Part shown: positions 38,306-50,028 of the stretch, piece by piece | How positions within the stretch are numbered: position 1 is the stretch's first letter | How the letters are laid out: each line of letters starts with the position of its first letter | Source of the DNA: Octopus bimaculoides | Taxonomy: Eukaryota | Direction: 5' to 3' | NCBI RefSeq assembly: GCF_001194135.2 | Contig: NC_068984.1 | Span: 79,611,234-79,674,764 of the forward strand | Length of the DNA stretch: 63,531 nt | Program-made: the position numbers and the translations under genes | The notes under the pieces: generated by a model | Told to the model about the DNA's origin: nothing | The model's database searches: none | What the model saw: the letters and a program-made list of their open reading frames with translations, nothing else

Positions 38306-39460
38306 AGAACTTTCCAGGAAATAATTACTCCCCTCCTCGGAACATTCCAGGAAGTAATTCGTCCCACTCCTCGGAACTTTCCAGGAAGTAATTCCTCCCA
38401 TTCCTTCCCTTCCTTGGAACTTTCCAGGAAGTAACTACTACCCTTCCTCACCCTCTTAGGAACTTACCAGGAAGTAGCTCATCCACGGATCTTTCCAGGA
38501 AGTCCTCGGAACTTTCCGGGAATTCATCAGAATTTCCAGGAAGTCCTACCATCGGAACTTTAGAGGAAGTAGCTCATCATCGGAAGCCCTCAGAATCCTC
38601 CAAGAAGCCCAATCCCCGGAACGTTCCAGGAAGTAGCTCTTCCGAGGATCTTTCCAGGAAACCCACGGAACTTTCCAGGAAGACCCATCCTCGGAACTTT
38701 CCAGACAGTAGCTCATACTTTGATCTTTCCAGGAAGTCACATCATCGGAACTTTCCGCGAAGGAGCTCACACTCGGAGCTTTCTAGGAAGTTCCATCCTC
38801 GGATCTTTCCAGGAAATCCTCAGAACTTTCCAGGAAGCCCCATCCGCGGAAATTTCTAGGAAGTAACTCACTGTCGGATCTTTCCCGGAAATCCTCGGAA
38901 CTTTCCAGGAAGTAGCTCATCAGATGTTTCCAGGAAATCCTCAGACCTCTCCAGGATGTCCCCCTCGGAACTTTCCAGGAAGTAACTCACCTTCGGATCT
39001 TTCCAGGAAATCATCGGAACTTTCCAGGAAGTTCCATCCTCAGATCTTTCCATGAAATAATCGGAGTTATCCAGGAAGCTCCACCCTCGGAACTTCCCAA
39101 GAAGCTCCATCCTAGGATCTTTCCATGAAATCCTTGGAACTTTCAAGGAAACCCCATCCTTGGAACCTTCCACGAAATTCCATCCTAGGATCTTTCCAGG
39201 AAATCCTCGGAACTTTCCAGAAAGTAACTCACCCTCGGATCTTTCCAGAAATCCCTTGGAACTTTCCAGAAAGTTCCATCATCGGATCTTTCCACGAAAT
39301 CCAGGAACTTTCCAGGAAGTAACTACCCTGTGATCTTTCCAGAAAATCCTTAGAACTTTCCAGGAAGACCCTTCATCGGAACTTTCCAGGCAGTAGCTCA
39401 CTCTCGGATCTTTCCAGGAAGTCCTCGAAATTTTCTTGGTAGTCCCATCCTCGGAACTTT
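38306..39460. repeat. Degenerate tandem satellite; 20-45 bp units with core CGGA(A/T)CTTTCCAGGAA
   Basis: Roughly 45 units by eye. GGAAC-type units (~27-30 bp) often alternate with GGATC-type units (~20 bp). About 21 exact TTCCAGGAA counted manually. Confidence 0.95.
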
Positions 39461-39467
39461 ATAATTA

Positions 39468-39720
39468 AGGCACATGGCTCAGTGGTTAGAGTGTTAGGCT
39501 CACAATCAGTGAGTTTAATTCCTGGACCAGGCTGTGTATTGTGTTCTTGATCATGATACTTTATTTCACATTGCTCCAGTTCACCTAGCTGTAAAAATGT
39601 GTCGCAGCGTCACTGGTGCCAAGCTGTATTCTTTTTGCCTTTCCCTTGGACAATATAGGTAGTGTGAGGAGGGGCAGCTGGTATGCATGAGCAACTTCTG
39701 GTCTTTCATAAACAACCCAA
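39468..39720 (+). mobile_element. tRNA-derived SINE family C
   Basis: ggcacatggctcagtggttagagtg (A-box), gagtttaattcctgg (B-box-like), body shared with 28010-28205. Confidence 0.75.
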
Positions 39721-39793
39721 TATTCGACAATTTTTTTAGTGAATACATGGTGATTGCTTATAAGCTTTAAGTTTATAGATATTATCATTTTCG

Positions 39794-39870
<77 letters not shown>

Positions 39871-39873
<3 letters not shown>

Positions 39874-41083
39874 CAGATTGAGTCAAGAGACTTTCATATT
39901 TCAAGCATTAATTTATAGTTTATACAAGTTACCTACAAAGTGTTTATTCATCAGAATATATTCCATCATATTCTGTTGTCTGTTGCCATCATTCTGCCAG
40001 AAGCTCAATTCCATGCTTAAACCATTTGGTTGGTTTAGAGGCAAAATACATCCGGCACCTGTTTTCAACCTCATCCACATTACTGAACCTTTGTCTGTGC
40101 AAGAATTGAGTCATAGCTTGGAAAAGGTAGTAGTCTGGTGGTGCAAGATCTGGACTGTAGGAAGGGTGAGGCAGCACTTCCAGTCCCTCAAGTTCCTTAA
40201 GTTTGCATTTGGTCATGCTGGCAGTATGTGCTGGGGCATTATCATGCTATAGGAGTGTGCATCTTTGATTAACCAATGCTGGGTAGCAGGGTTTCAAAGC
40301 ATCATATACTCACTCCAGTTGTGGAGTATAAAGGTTTACATTCACAACATGACCACCTGGAATAAGTTCAAAGTGCAACAACATCACCTTGAAAATCCAC
40401 CAAACACACAACATGACTTTCTATTCAAACTGCCCTTGCTTGACAACAGATTTTGAAGCTTGACCAAGATGAAGCCACTGATTTCTGTTATCACGATTAC
40501 AAAAATACATCCATTTTCCATCTCCAGCTATAAAACAGGCATTTCAAAGATTTGCCCTCCGTTGTTTGCAAATGTTCATATATTGTTGAGCTTACTTATT
40601 TGTAGCTTCATGAGGAGCTTTTTGACAGTGTCTGTGTACAAGGCTGAGTTTACAGAGGTGTCAATTAATGAAGCTTTCTGAAGGACCAAGTTCTGCCAAC
40701 AGTGTATGAGAGCTTGTGTTTGGCTATTGTTCAGCCATTTCAAGCAAGACCTCTCTGACCTTGGTTTCTTTGAGGTTGGTGTCACCTTCTTTGAAATATC
40801 TGAACCAGCTTTGTGCCACGTGTTTGTTGACAGTCCCTAGGCCTTCCACATCATTAATTTCTTTTGCTGCTGCCCTTGCAGTCAGTCCTTTATTCCACAG
40901 ATAGCATAAAGTGGGTCTAATTGCAGTTTTTTTTTCATCACTCATTATCAAAGCTGTAAAATAAAGAATAAACAATTCAGCAGTGATTGAACAAATTGTT
41001 TCAAATTAATGATATAACATGGAGATACAAGTTGCCAAAAATCATCAGTAATAATCTGAAAAAACTTTTGTCTCAAATTGGTA
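39871..41083 (-). mobile_element. Near full-length inactive mariner transposon (~1.21 kb)
   Basis: Minus: HTH region (TARAAAKEINDVEG..TV..HVAQSWFRYFKEGD), AGDGKW, KVMLCVWW, HDNAPAH, PHPSYSPDLAPPDYYLF. Degenerate TIRs caccagattgagtcaagagactttc vs taccaatttgagacaaaagtttttt. In-frame stops and an internal deletion. Confidence 0.92.
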
Positions 41084-41284
41084 TGTATGTATGTATGTAT
41101 ATGTGTGTGCGTGCACACACACACACACACACACACAAATCACACATGCATTAAGAAATACACAGACTACATAGAACTTATGTGATGTAATACAAAGTAT
41201 TGCCAGTGAAAGTGGGGATTTTAGAAGTAGACTGATGATCTTTTTACCCTTTTATGTTCAGGCTATTTCTAGCATTCCAAACAA

Positions 41285-41472
41285 CAATGTGGCACATAAA
41301 AAGCACCCACTACACACTCGGAGTAGTTGGTGTTTGGAAGGGCATCCAGCTGTAGAAACATTGCCAGATCAAATTGCAGTCTGGTGCAGCCGCTGGTTTT
41401 CAGACCTCAGTCAAACCGTCTAACCCATGCCAGTATGGAAAAACGGACGTTAAACGATATGATGATGATGAA
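41285..41472 (+). mobile_element. RTE-type 3' tail repeat
   Basis: gtggcacataaaaagcacccactacactcggagtagttgg...cggacgttaaacgatatgatgatg. Confidence 0.85.
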
Positions 41473-41627
41473 TGCAGTGGCTCTCATGACCGCTGTTGTT
41501 GTTGCTGATTGAATCCAGGTTAGATCCAAGGAGATCTATGAGCAAATGCATTATAACTGTGACCATTTGACCATTTCCCATGTTCAATGCATCTTCTTTA
41601 TTTTAAAGAAAGACATTAGTGTATGAA

Positions 41628-41842
41628 TTAACCCTTTAGCATTTAAACAGGCCATATTGCACTTGTTTTATGTTCAAACTGACAAGATCTGGTGTCTTAC
41701 ACTAAACCTCCAATATCATTCTAAAAATTAACTGTTACCCCATCAAAATCTCAAAGCTACAAGATAATGCATGATTAACTCTAAACAATGTGAATGAATA
41801 AGCATTACTGCTGACAGAGTGATATGGATGCTAAAGGGTTAA
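41628..41842. mobile_element. piggyBac-like MITE with TTAA TSD
   Basis: TTAA|CCCTTTAGCAT ... ATGCTAAAGGG|TTAA; perfect 11-bp TIR. Confidence 0.85.
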
Positions 41843-42899
41843 AGCAGATTTGGCTGCTGTTTCCCTTGACTTCAGTCGCTCGTGTTATTTCAACTGGGTC
41901 AAGACAAACTGTTACATTATTTCTTTTTATCTTAGATGCACAAATTATAAAACTAAGGAAGCTGATATTCTCTTTTATTGTTTCCAGAACAATGAAAATT
42001 AAAACAGGTTCAGATTAGTGAATATAAGTATTTCTTGACATTTTGGATGGATAGATAGAGATGGTAGAATGGTGTATGCTAAGCTTACATTGTTTCTAAT
42101 AAATATACACTTTTATCTTAATTTTTCTGTTGGTGAGCATGTAGAGGAGACTGAACTCTCTATTTTTCATATTTTTTTGATCCACCACACATTGTCCACT
42201 CATTTTCCAGACAAAGAAGAAATTACTAATTATCAAAATACCAGTGTGACTACACAATTATGATGTGTATACTAACATACAGTAACACTAGCTGTAATAT
42301 TTTGCCCCAGAGAAATTTCTCAAAAATACTTGTATTAAAAACACTGGGCTTCACTCAGAACACTGGTGTTTCAACCTGATTTGGTCTCCTCAATGACAAA
42401 TACCCTAGACATTCTAAGCTAAGTTGAAAAAAGCTTTTCCATTATAGAAATCATTAAATGAGAATTTTACTGATTTGTGAAAAAGCTATCCAGCCTAGAA
42501 TTAAATTAACATACACTTTTGAAATAGCCTTAGATTAACATGCTCAATGTGTATACACATATTTTGTATGCAAACCAGTATTAAGTACAACATACAATGG
42601 TACTCTCTGTAATATTTCATTTCAGTGAAACGTCTCAAAAAGACTTTCATATCAAAAACATAAGGTATTGTTCATAATACTAGTGGAGGATTATCAGACA
42701 AGATGTTTTAACCTGATTTGGTTTCTTCAATGAGGAAATGCTGCAAGTTGTTAACTATTTCTTGTTGACTCAGACTTAAATAGAACTGGATGGGTCAGCC
42801 CTAATTTACATAATAGTAACACAAGTGTTAGCGATGTGTTAACTGAAATAGAGTGTAATTTTTACCTTATATATCTCGAATACTGCATAGTTCATTCAT

Positions 42900-43900
42900 T
42901 TCTTTAAAATGATGAATATGATGATGAGTAAGATATCTACTGTAGATAATCTTTTGTTTAGTGGGGGTCTTTCATACCCAGGGAATCTATGCTGTATCTT
43001 TTTTAGTGACCATATATTTGAAATCTATTGCTTCTATTGTCTCTACCTTTCCTTGTTTCTTTATTCCAATTCTTCAGTCACCTGGTATTTCAATATCAAT
43101 TATTTTAGTTTTCTCAATGTTTTTTTTATCCACAACAGCAATTCAAGTCTTCATATTCCATAGTTTATGACAGCACTGGATGGCAAAAGTCTGAAAGGGT
43201 TTTGATGTCTTGTTACAATTACACTAGAATGGTGGTGTTTATACCATTTCTCTCTGTCTTTTCTAAAATATATTTGTTACATGATTCGAATGACATGATC
43301 CATGAAATATTGTCATCCCTTGTTAGTTAATGTATCACATTCACTTATCAAATGTTGCATATTATTCACCATTTATCTATGCATTCTACAGAAGTAAGAC
43401 TCAGGAATTCTGTCAATATGGAATGTGAGGTAGTCTGTTCTCAAAGCCTGTTCATGTGTTACAAAGATTTGTGCTTCAGTATCAAACTTCAGGTCAAATT
43501 ATTTATTTTTTATTCGTGACAATGATTTATCCACATCTACACATTAATTCTCTCCTGTTTCATGGAAAAAAATCTTCATTTTTTTGTCTTTTTATGCCTT
43601 CTCTCTCTTGCTCATTATTTTTTGTTTAAATACATCTTCTTAACTCTTCTGGTGCTATATGTTTTTCACGCTTAGCTATTTCAACATTTCTATTTTCTTC
43701 CAACAGTAGTTCTACAACCATTTCTTAAATAACATGCTATACCACTTTTCTTTGCTTTCTATATATTTCTCTCGCCATTTTTCACAGAGTATGTGGTTCC
43801 AACAGATATCCTTTTTAGAGTGTGAAGCTCCATAACATGGTCTTTGCTTTTACAAATTTCCTTTACCTAAAAGATAGAAACAAAATCAAAATTTATCTGA
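42900..43900 (-). mobile_element. R4/Dong-like non-LTR retrotransposon remnant (post-RT region, CCHC knuckle, RLE endonuclease)
   Basis: Minus frames YGASHSKKD (cf. GALHPKSDVDRLY), DLKFDTEAQIFVTHEQALRTDYLTFHIDR..CRMH...QHLISECDTL (cf. ETEALI.AAQEQALRTN...CR.C...H..S.C..L) and VVDKKNIEKTKIIDIEIPGD. Confidence 0.75.
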
Positions 43901-43979
43901 CTTCATTCCCTTTTAGCATTCATCTTCTATGTCTTAAAACTTATATGACATTGTGTTAGAGTCCAAATTTATATTCAAC

Positions 43980-44185
43980 ATCATCATCGTCATCATCATC
44001 GTTTAACGTCCGCTTTCCATGCTAGCATGGGTTGGATGATTTGACTGAGGACTGGTGAACCAGATGGCTACACCAGGCTCCAATCTGATTTGGCAGAGTT
44101 TCTACAGCTGGATGCCCTTCCTAACGCCAACCACTCAGAGAGTGTAGTGGGTGCTTTTACGTGCCACCAGCACAAAGGCCAGTCA
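43980..44185 (-). mobile_element. RTE-type 3' tail repeat, low divergence
   Basis: catcatcgtttaacgtccgctttccatgctagcatggg...gggtgcttttacgtgccacc. Confidence 0.88.
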
Positions 44186-45202
44186 TTCAGCTTTAATTTA
44201 ATTTCATATTTTAACCTGCTAAAATATTCTGTTCTTCAAACATTTTATTTTTCATGTTAGCACTCTTTATTTGTTTACACCTACCAAAGTGTTTATAACA
44301 AAGCATGGGCAACATTTTTTTGAGAAGCAGACCACATAAGAAATATCATCAGGTGGACTGCACTACTAAAAAAATTCAAAGTAATTTTTCGTTTGGTATG
44401 CCATTTAGAAAGTCCTGTGGGTCGTAGTTTTCCCAGGACTGGCTTATAACCTTTTGTAACAAGTTTATTTTTGCCATTCTCTGTTTCTCTTTGATGCTTA
44501 TGCATATTTAGTTCTTGTAACAGTTTTTACTATGAGATTATGAAGAGAAGCTGCTAGCTTTGCTTAAAGCTTCACCATTCCTGGAGAAGCAGACAGCTGT
44601 GAGTAGTTCACAAGAGGGGGTTCTGTGCAGCAGAACTAATTCACAGAAAGAGAGTAGAGTGGGGGATTAGAGAGGGATAGCAAGAGGAGAGAGAGGGCGA
44701 AGAAGAGAGAGAGAGGAGGAGGGAGAGAGAGAGATAGTGAAATCAACTCCAGTACTTGTCTAGTACATTATTGATTGCTGCCAGAATGATAAAAGGCAAA
44801 GCTAACCTTGGCAGTATTTGAAAAAGAAATACAACATATTCTACCTGACTCGTTCACAATTCTGTCAATTTGCCTATATCTTTCTTCTGTATCTATCTAT
44901 CTATTTTAATAACTGTACATCTTGCAATCCTGCATTAATAATTCTATCTAATCAGCAAATGATCCTTTATACCTTTACTCCATTGGCAATATATCCTGGC
45001 TATCTACTTATCAATTCTTTTATTGGTTCCACTCATTGGACTTCAGCCATAATGGAACACTATCTTCAAACGTTTTTAATCGATTATATCAAACCCAGTA
45101 GTTTGCCTTTCATCCTTCCACAGTTTGCTAAAATAATTATCAGGGCTAAGTTCACCTGAGCAGAAAGGGGTGTAGCTAAATATCAAAAAGTAACTTTCCT
45201 AA

Positions 45203-45239
<37 letters not shown>

Positions 45240-45823
45240 NNNNNNNNNNNNNNNNNNNNNNNNNNNNNNNNNNNNNNNNNNNNNNNNNNNNNNNNNNNNN
45301 NNNNNNNNNNNNNNNNNNNNNNNNNNNNNNNNNNNNNNNNNNNNNNNNNNNNNNNNNNNNNNNNNNNNNNNNNNNNNNNNNNNNNNNNNNNNNNNNNNNN
45401 NNNNNNNNNNNNNNNNNNNNNNNNNNNNNNNNNNNNNNNNNNNNNNNNNNNNNNNNNNNNNNNNNNNNNNNNNNNNNNNNNNNNNNNNNNNNNNNNNNNN
45501 NNNNNNNNNNNNNNNNNNNNNNNNNNNNNNNNNNNNNNNNNNNNNNNNNNNNNNNNNNNNNNNNNNNNNNNNNNNNNNNNNNNNNNNNNNNNNNNNNNNN
45601 NNNNNNNNNNNNNNNNNNNNNNNNNNNNNNNNNNNNNNNNNNNNNNNNNNNNNNNNNNNNNNNNNNNNNNNNNNNNNNNNNNNNNNNNNNNNNNNNNNNN
45701 NNNNNNNNNNNNNNNNNNNNNNNNNNNNNNNNNNNNNNNNNNNNNNNNNNNNNNNNNNNNNNNNNNNNNNNNNNNNNNNNNNNNNNNNNNNNNNNNNNNN
45801 NNNNNNNNNNNNNNNNNNNNNNN

Positions 45824-45867
<44 letters not shown>

Positions 45868-46077
45868 TTCTAATTTAATGTTCTGGGTTCAAATCTTGTT
45901 GAGGTGAATTTTTGTCTTTCATCACTTCAACATTGACAAAATAAAGTACCAGTTATGTTCTAGGGTTAGTGGTATCAACTGACCCCATTACCTTAAAGCT
46001 GTTGGCTTAGTGCCTAGAACAGAAGTCATATCATTAGCACATTATTATTATTAAACATATTATTAGCATATTATTAG

Positions 46078-46475
46078 TGGCTGTGTGGTAAGTAGCTTGC
46101 TTACAAACCACATAGTTCCGGGTTCAATCCCACTGCGTGGCACCTTGGGCAAGTGTCTTCTACTATAGCCTTGGGCCGACCAAAGCCTTGTGAGTGGATT
46201 TGGTAGACGGAAACTGAAAGAAACCCATCGCATGCATGTATATATATATATATATATATGTACGTGTGTGTGTGTCTGTGTTTGTCCCCCCAACATCGCT
46301 TGGCAACCAATGATGGTGTGTTTACATCCCCGTAACTTAGCGGTTCAGCAAAAGGGACCAATAGAATAAGTACTAGGCTTACAAAGAATAAGTCCTGGGG
46401 TTGATTTGCCCGGCTAAAGGTGGTGCTCCAGCAAGGCCACAGTCAAATGACTGAAACAAGTAAAAGAGTAAAAGA
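46078..46475 (+). mobile_element. SINE family A, full length
   Basis: tggctgtgtggtaagtagcttgcttacaaaccacatagttccgggttcaatccc...gactgaaacaagtaaaagagtaaaagag. Confidence 0.88.
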
Positions 46476-46864
46476 GTATATTATTAGTATGACAAAATGC
46501 TTAGTGACCTCTCTTGCACTTTTGTACATGATGAGCTCAAATCCTGCTGAGTTTGATTTGCCTTTCATCCTCTTGGTGGTCGGACTTGTGCCAAAATAAG
46601 GAAGGATTACTGCTATTGTTATTGTTATTATTGAAGACATTACATATTATCCAATATTGTGTTGCTGTAGATTGAAGATATTGTGCATACAGGGGGTCTG
46701 CACTGTCTGTCAAGTCACAACAAGGACCTCAGACAGACAGTACTTTATGCAGTACTAAAAACAATCAATTTTTTGCAATATGCCAAGGTTGTAGGATATT
46801 TCTAAAGTGTCCAGATGTTTCTTTCAGGCTGGGTGGTACTGAACCCGATGTTCCGATGACTACA

Positions 46865-46895
<31 letters not shown>

Positions 46896-47135
46896 TAACA
46901 ACTTCTTTGAATTCTGTTTCCATTTCTTGCTGAGTGTCTTCCTAACACCTAGGACAGAGAAACATACCGTATACATTGATAGGCCATTAAAATAAACACA
47001 CCAGATTGTTCATTCACAGAGTCATATGCAAGAGAAAAAGGGGAAGACATAGAGAAAAAAGAAAAAAATTAAAAATAGAAAAGTAAACAAATAAAATAAG
47101 GGGGGGGGGTAAATTCACAGCAACAATGCTCTTCT

Positions 47136-47253
47136 CAATACATGTGACATACTAGTTAAGACAATACATGTGATGTACCAATTAAGACAATTCATGTGAC
47201 GTACCTGTTAAGACAATATGTGTGACCTACCAGTGAAGACAATACATGTGACT
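47136..47253. repeat. 26-bp minisatellite, about 4.5 copies (CAATACATGTGACGTACCAGTTAAGA)
   Basis: Direct inspection of tandem units. Confidence 0.85.
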
Positions 47254-47269
47254 ATTATTATTATTATTA

Positions 47270-47315
<46 letters not shown>

Positions 47316-47345
47316 CATTATCATCATCATCATCATTATTAGTTA

Positions 47346-47795
47346 AGGCGGCAAATTGGCAGAATTGCTAGCACACTGGGTGAAACACTTAGCAGTGTTT
47401 TGTCTGCCGCTACGTTCTGAGTTCAAATTCTGCTGAGGTCGGCATTGTCTTTCATTCTTTTGGGGTTGATAAATTAATTACCTGTTGAGTACTGGGGTCG
47501 ATGAAAGTGACTATCCCCCCTCCCCCAAATTTCAGGCTTTGTGCCTGTAATAGAAAGAATTATCATTATTATTAGTTAAGGTGGCAAACTGGCAGAATTG
47601 TTAACACACTGGGTAAAATGTTTAGCAGTATTTCATCTGTCGCTATGTTCTGAGTTCAAATTCTGCCAAGGTCGACTTTGTCTTTCATCCCTTCAGGATT
47701 AATAAATTAAGTACTAGTGAAAAACTGGGTCAATGTAATCGACTAGCCTCCTCCCCAAGCATTTCAGGCCTTGTACCTTTAGTAAAAAAAGAATA
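47346..47795 (+). mobile_element. Two head-to-tail SINE family B copies with (ATT)n tails
   Basis: aaggcggcaaattggcagaattg and aaggtggcaaactggcagaattg heads; gagttcaaattc B-box; Nin/Deu-like domain. Confidence 0.85.
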
Positions 47796-47796
47796 C

Positions 47797-47864
<68 letters not shown>

Positions 47865-47868
<4 letters not shown>

Positions 47869-48226
47869 TTCTGCTTTAGCGAAGGCGGAGGTATTGTTTT
47901 CAGTCATGTTTGTTTATTTGTCCATGGACAAGATATCTCAAGAACCGCTGGATGGATTCAGATGAAACTTTCAGGGATGTTTGGCCTCATGACTGGCACG
48001 AACTGATTAAATTTTGGGATCGATCTGGTGCTGGACAAGGATTCTGGATTATTTTTCCATTTTTTAAAATTTAATTTTTGAGAGTGGTTGGGTTCATTTT
48101 TAATATTCTCATTTGTGAGAGCTGTTGAGTTTATTTCAGATATTCTCATTTTAAAGATCATCTCTGGCTAATCATTGAGAGGACATTGGTGTTGCCTTGG
48201 TGGAGGTTTGCCCTCTCAGTGCTCTT
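47865..48226 (+). mobile_element. Helentron-associated (HINE/DINE-like) non-autonomous element
   Basis: Begins ttacttctgc..gaaggcggagg-ttgttttc-(gttt), core gatatctcaagaaccgctggatggatt..gatgaaacttt, ends ccttggtggaggtttgccctctcagtgctctt inside a T-rich target; recalled HINE architecture. Confidence 0.55.
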
Positions 48227-49026
48227 ATTATTATTAGTATTATTAGTGTCTCTATACTTACAAAAATGATGATAGTTTCCATTAATTATAGAGAATGGCA
48301 TATAGTCTTTTCACAATAGTATGTGAAATCATTAACATATTTCTTACCTAATGACTTTGCAATTTCTGTTTAATAGCGAAATATATTTCAAGTAAGATAT
48401 TACATTTTATGCTAAAACATTACCAATAACTCATAACTGTCAACTGCGAAAACATTGGTGACAGCAATAAATAAATACTCAGACACAGCATTTTAATAAT
48501 AACATGTTTTATTGGCCTACTTTATAGTTTAATGATGGTTATAAAAATATAATTAAAAATGATGTAACTATATTTACAAAAATATTACAAAATTAGTTAC
48601 AAAACATTAAAAGGTTTACAGGTAATAATTATCATTTCAAAAGTTCTTTTATCATAATATTAATAGTAAGAACTCTGATTTTCATGAAGACTTTCTTGTT
48701 TTTCATTGTTATTTATCAGTATATTATGTTTAACTTTTTTGTTTCTTGTCTTATTTAAAGCAACGTAAAACTTTTCACGGCTAAAACATTGGCAGACAGC
48801 CTCCTGATTCCAATCTTTTTCATCAGCATGAAGAGCAAACAAAAACACATTCCTAGTTATATGTGGATAAACTCTTATGCCTCTCTCTCCCCCCTCCTCC
48901 TCCTCCTTCTCCTCTTCTTCTTCTTCAACACTAAGGGAAGTAATTCAAATAGAATAATATGGTAACGGTGATAGCAGAAGTGTTGATGGTGACATTGGCG
49001 TTCATAATGGCATATGGAAGAAAGAT

Positions 49027-49071
<45 letters not shown>

Positions 49072-50028
49072 AATAGTAGGGTTAATCAAGAGATAGACAG
49101 AGAGGAAACAAAAGAAAAGGAGAAGGAGTGAAAGTGAGAAAGTAAAACAGAGGATTCACAGATAGGAGAGCCTGATTAAGAGAGGTGGTTAAGGTAAACA
49201 TGCAAGAGAAAGTGGATGAAAGTAATATAAAAATTTGAGCACAAAAAGAGCGGGGGAGATGGAAGAATATAAAGATGAAGCAAAGTTTGTGACATCACTG
49301 ATCTTAATTAATCTCACATTTTCCCCCTCCCCTCCCTGCACCTATGTAACTGATGTGTTTTTAGAATACCCAGCTTAGTGTGGGAAGTTACTATACTTTG
49401 TTCACTATAACTATTGGTTCAAATTTACTCATACAAACTTTTCACTGAAAGGAAAATAAGGATGGAATATAGCATATTAAAATTTATTGAAGCTTTACCA
49501 ATGTAGCTGTATGATAGTTGAATATTATAACCAAACTAGCTGGCCCCGTGCCATCCAAAATAATGGCTAATTGTAGTATTTTATATATAAATAAGGCATA
49601 TAATAATCACAGATACAAATATTCACATACTTCCCTTGTACATGCACACACATATACTGACACAGAGTTGAAATGCTGTTTGATTTTTCTTTTCGGCATT
49701 GAATGTTCACCATTCCACTTCCAGTTTGATATCACCCCTTCCTTTCTCATTCATATGCTGTGATGGACAAAAACACAAGAGTATTATTATAGTAGATTAT
49801 GTCTTTCATTTCATTCTATAGTCAACATTTACTGGTTGACGTACAGGGTAAAATAATAGATTACAACTCACAAGGTACAACTGGTGATAAATGTATAACA
49901 AGAGCTATCGTTTTCAGAGGTGTTATCACCTAGGGATGCTCATTCAATCCTATCTGGACTTTTATATCATCAAAAGAAGCTAAATCTTTCAAGCAAAATA
50001 TAGTTTAAAACGAAACTATATATCTCAT

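Noticed and set aside
38251-39322. Repetitive ORFs (SWKVP/SWKDP/FLESSED) in the satellite as a repeat protein, or the array as a CRISPR
   Set aside because: Unit lengths are not multiples of three and frames break repeatedly; spacers are homologous to each other, there are no cas genes, and the context is eukaryotic
42626-42650. GAAACGTC..AAAGACTTTC resembling the 3' half of the 56.6 kb hammerhead
   Set aside because: No CUGANGA or stem II upstream; too degenerate to call
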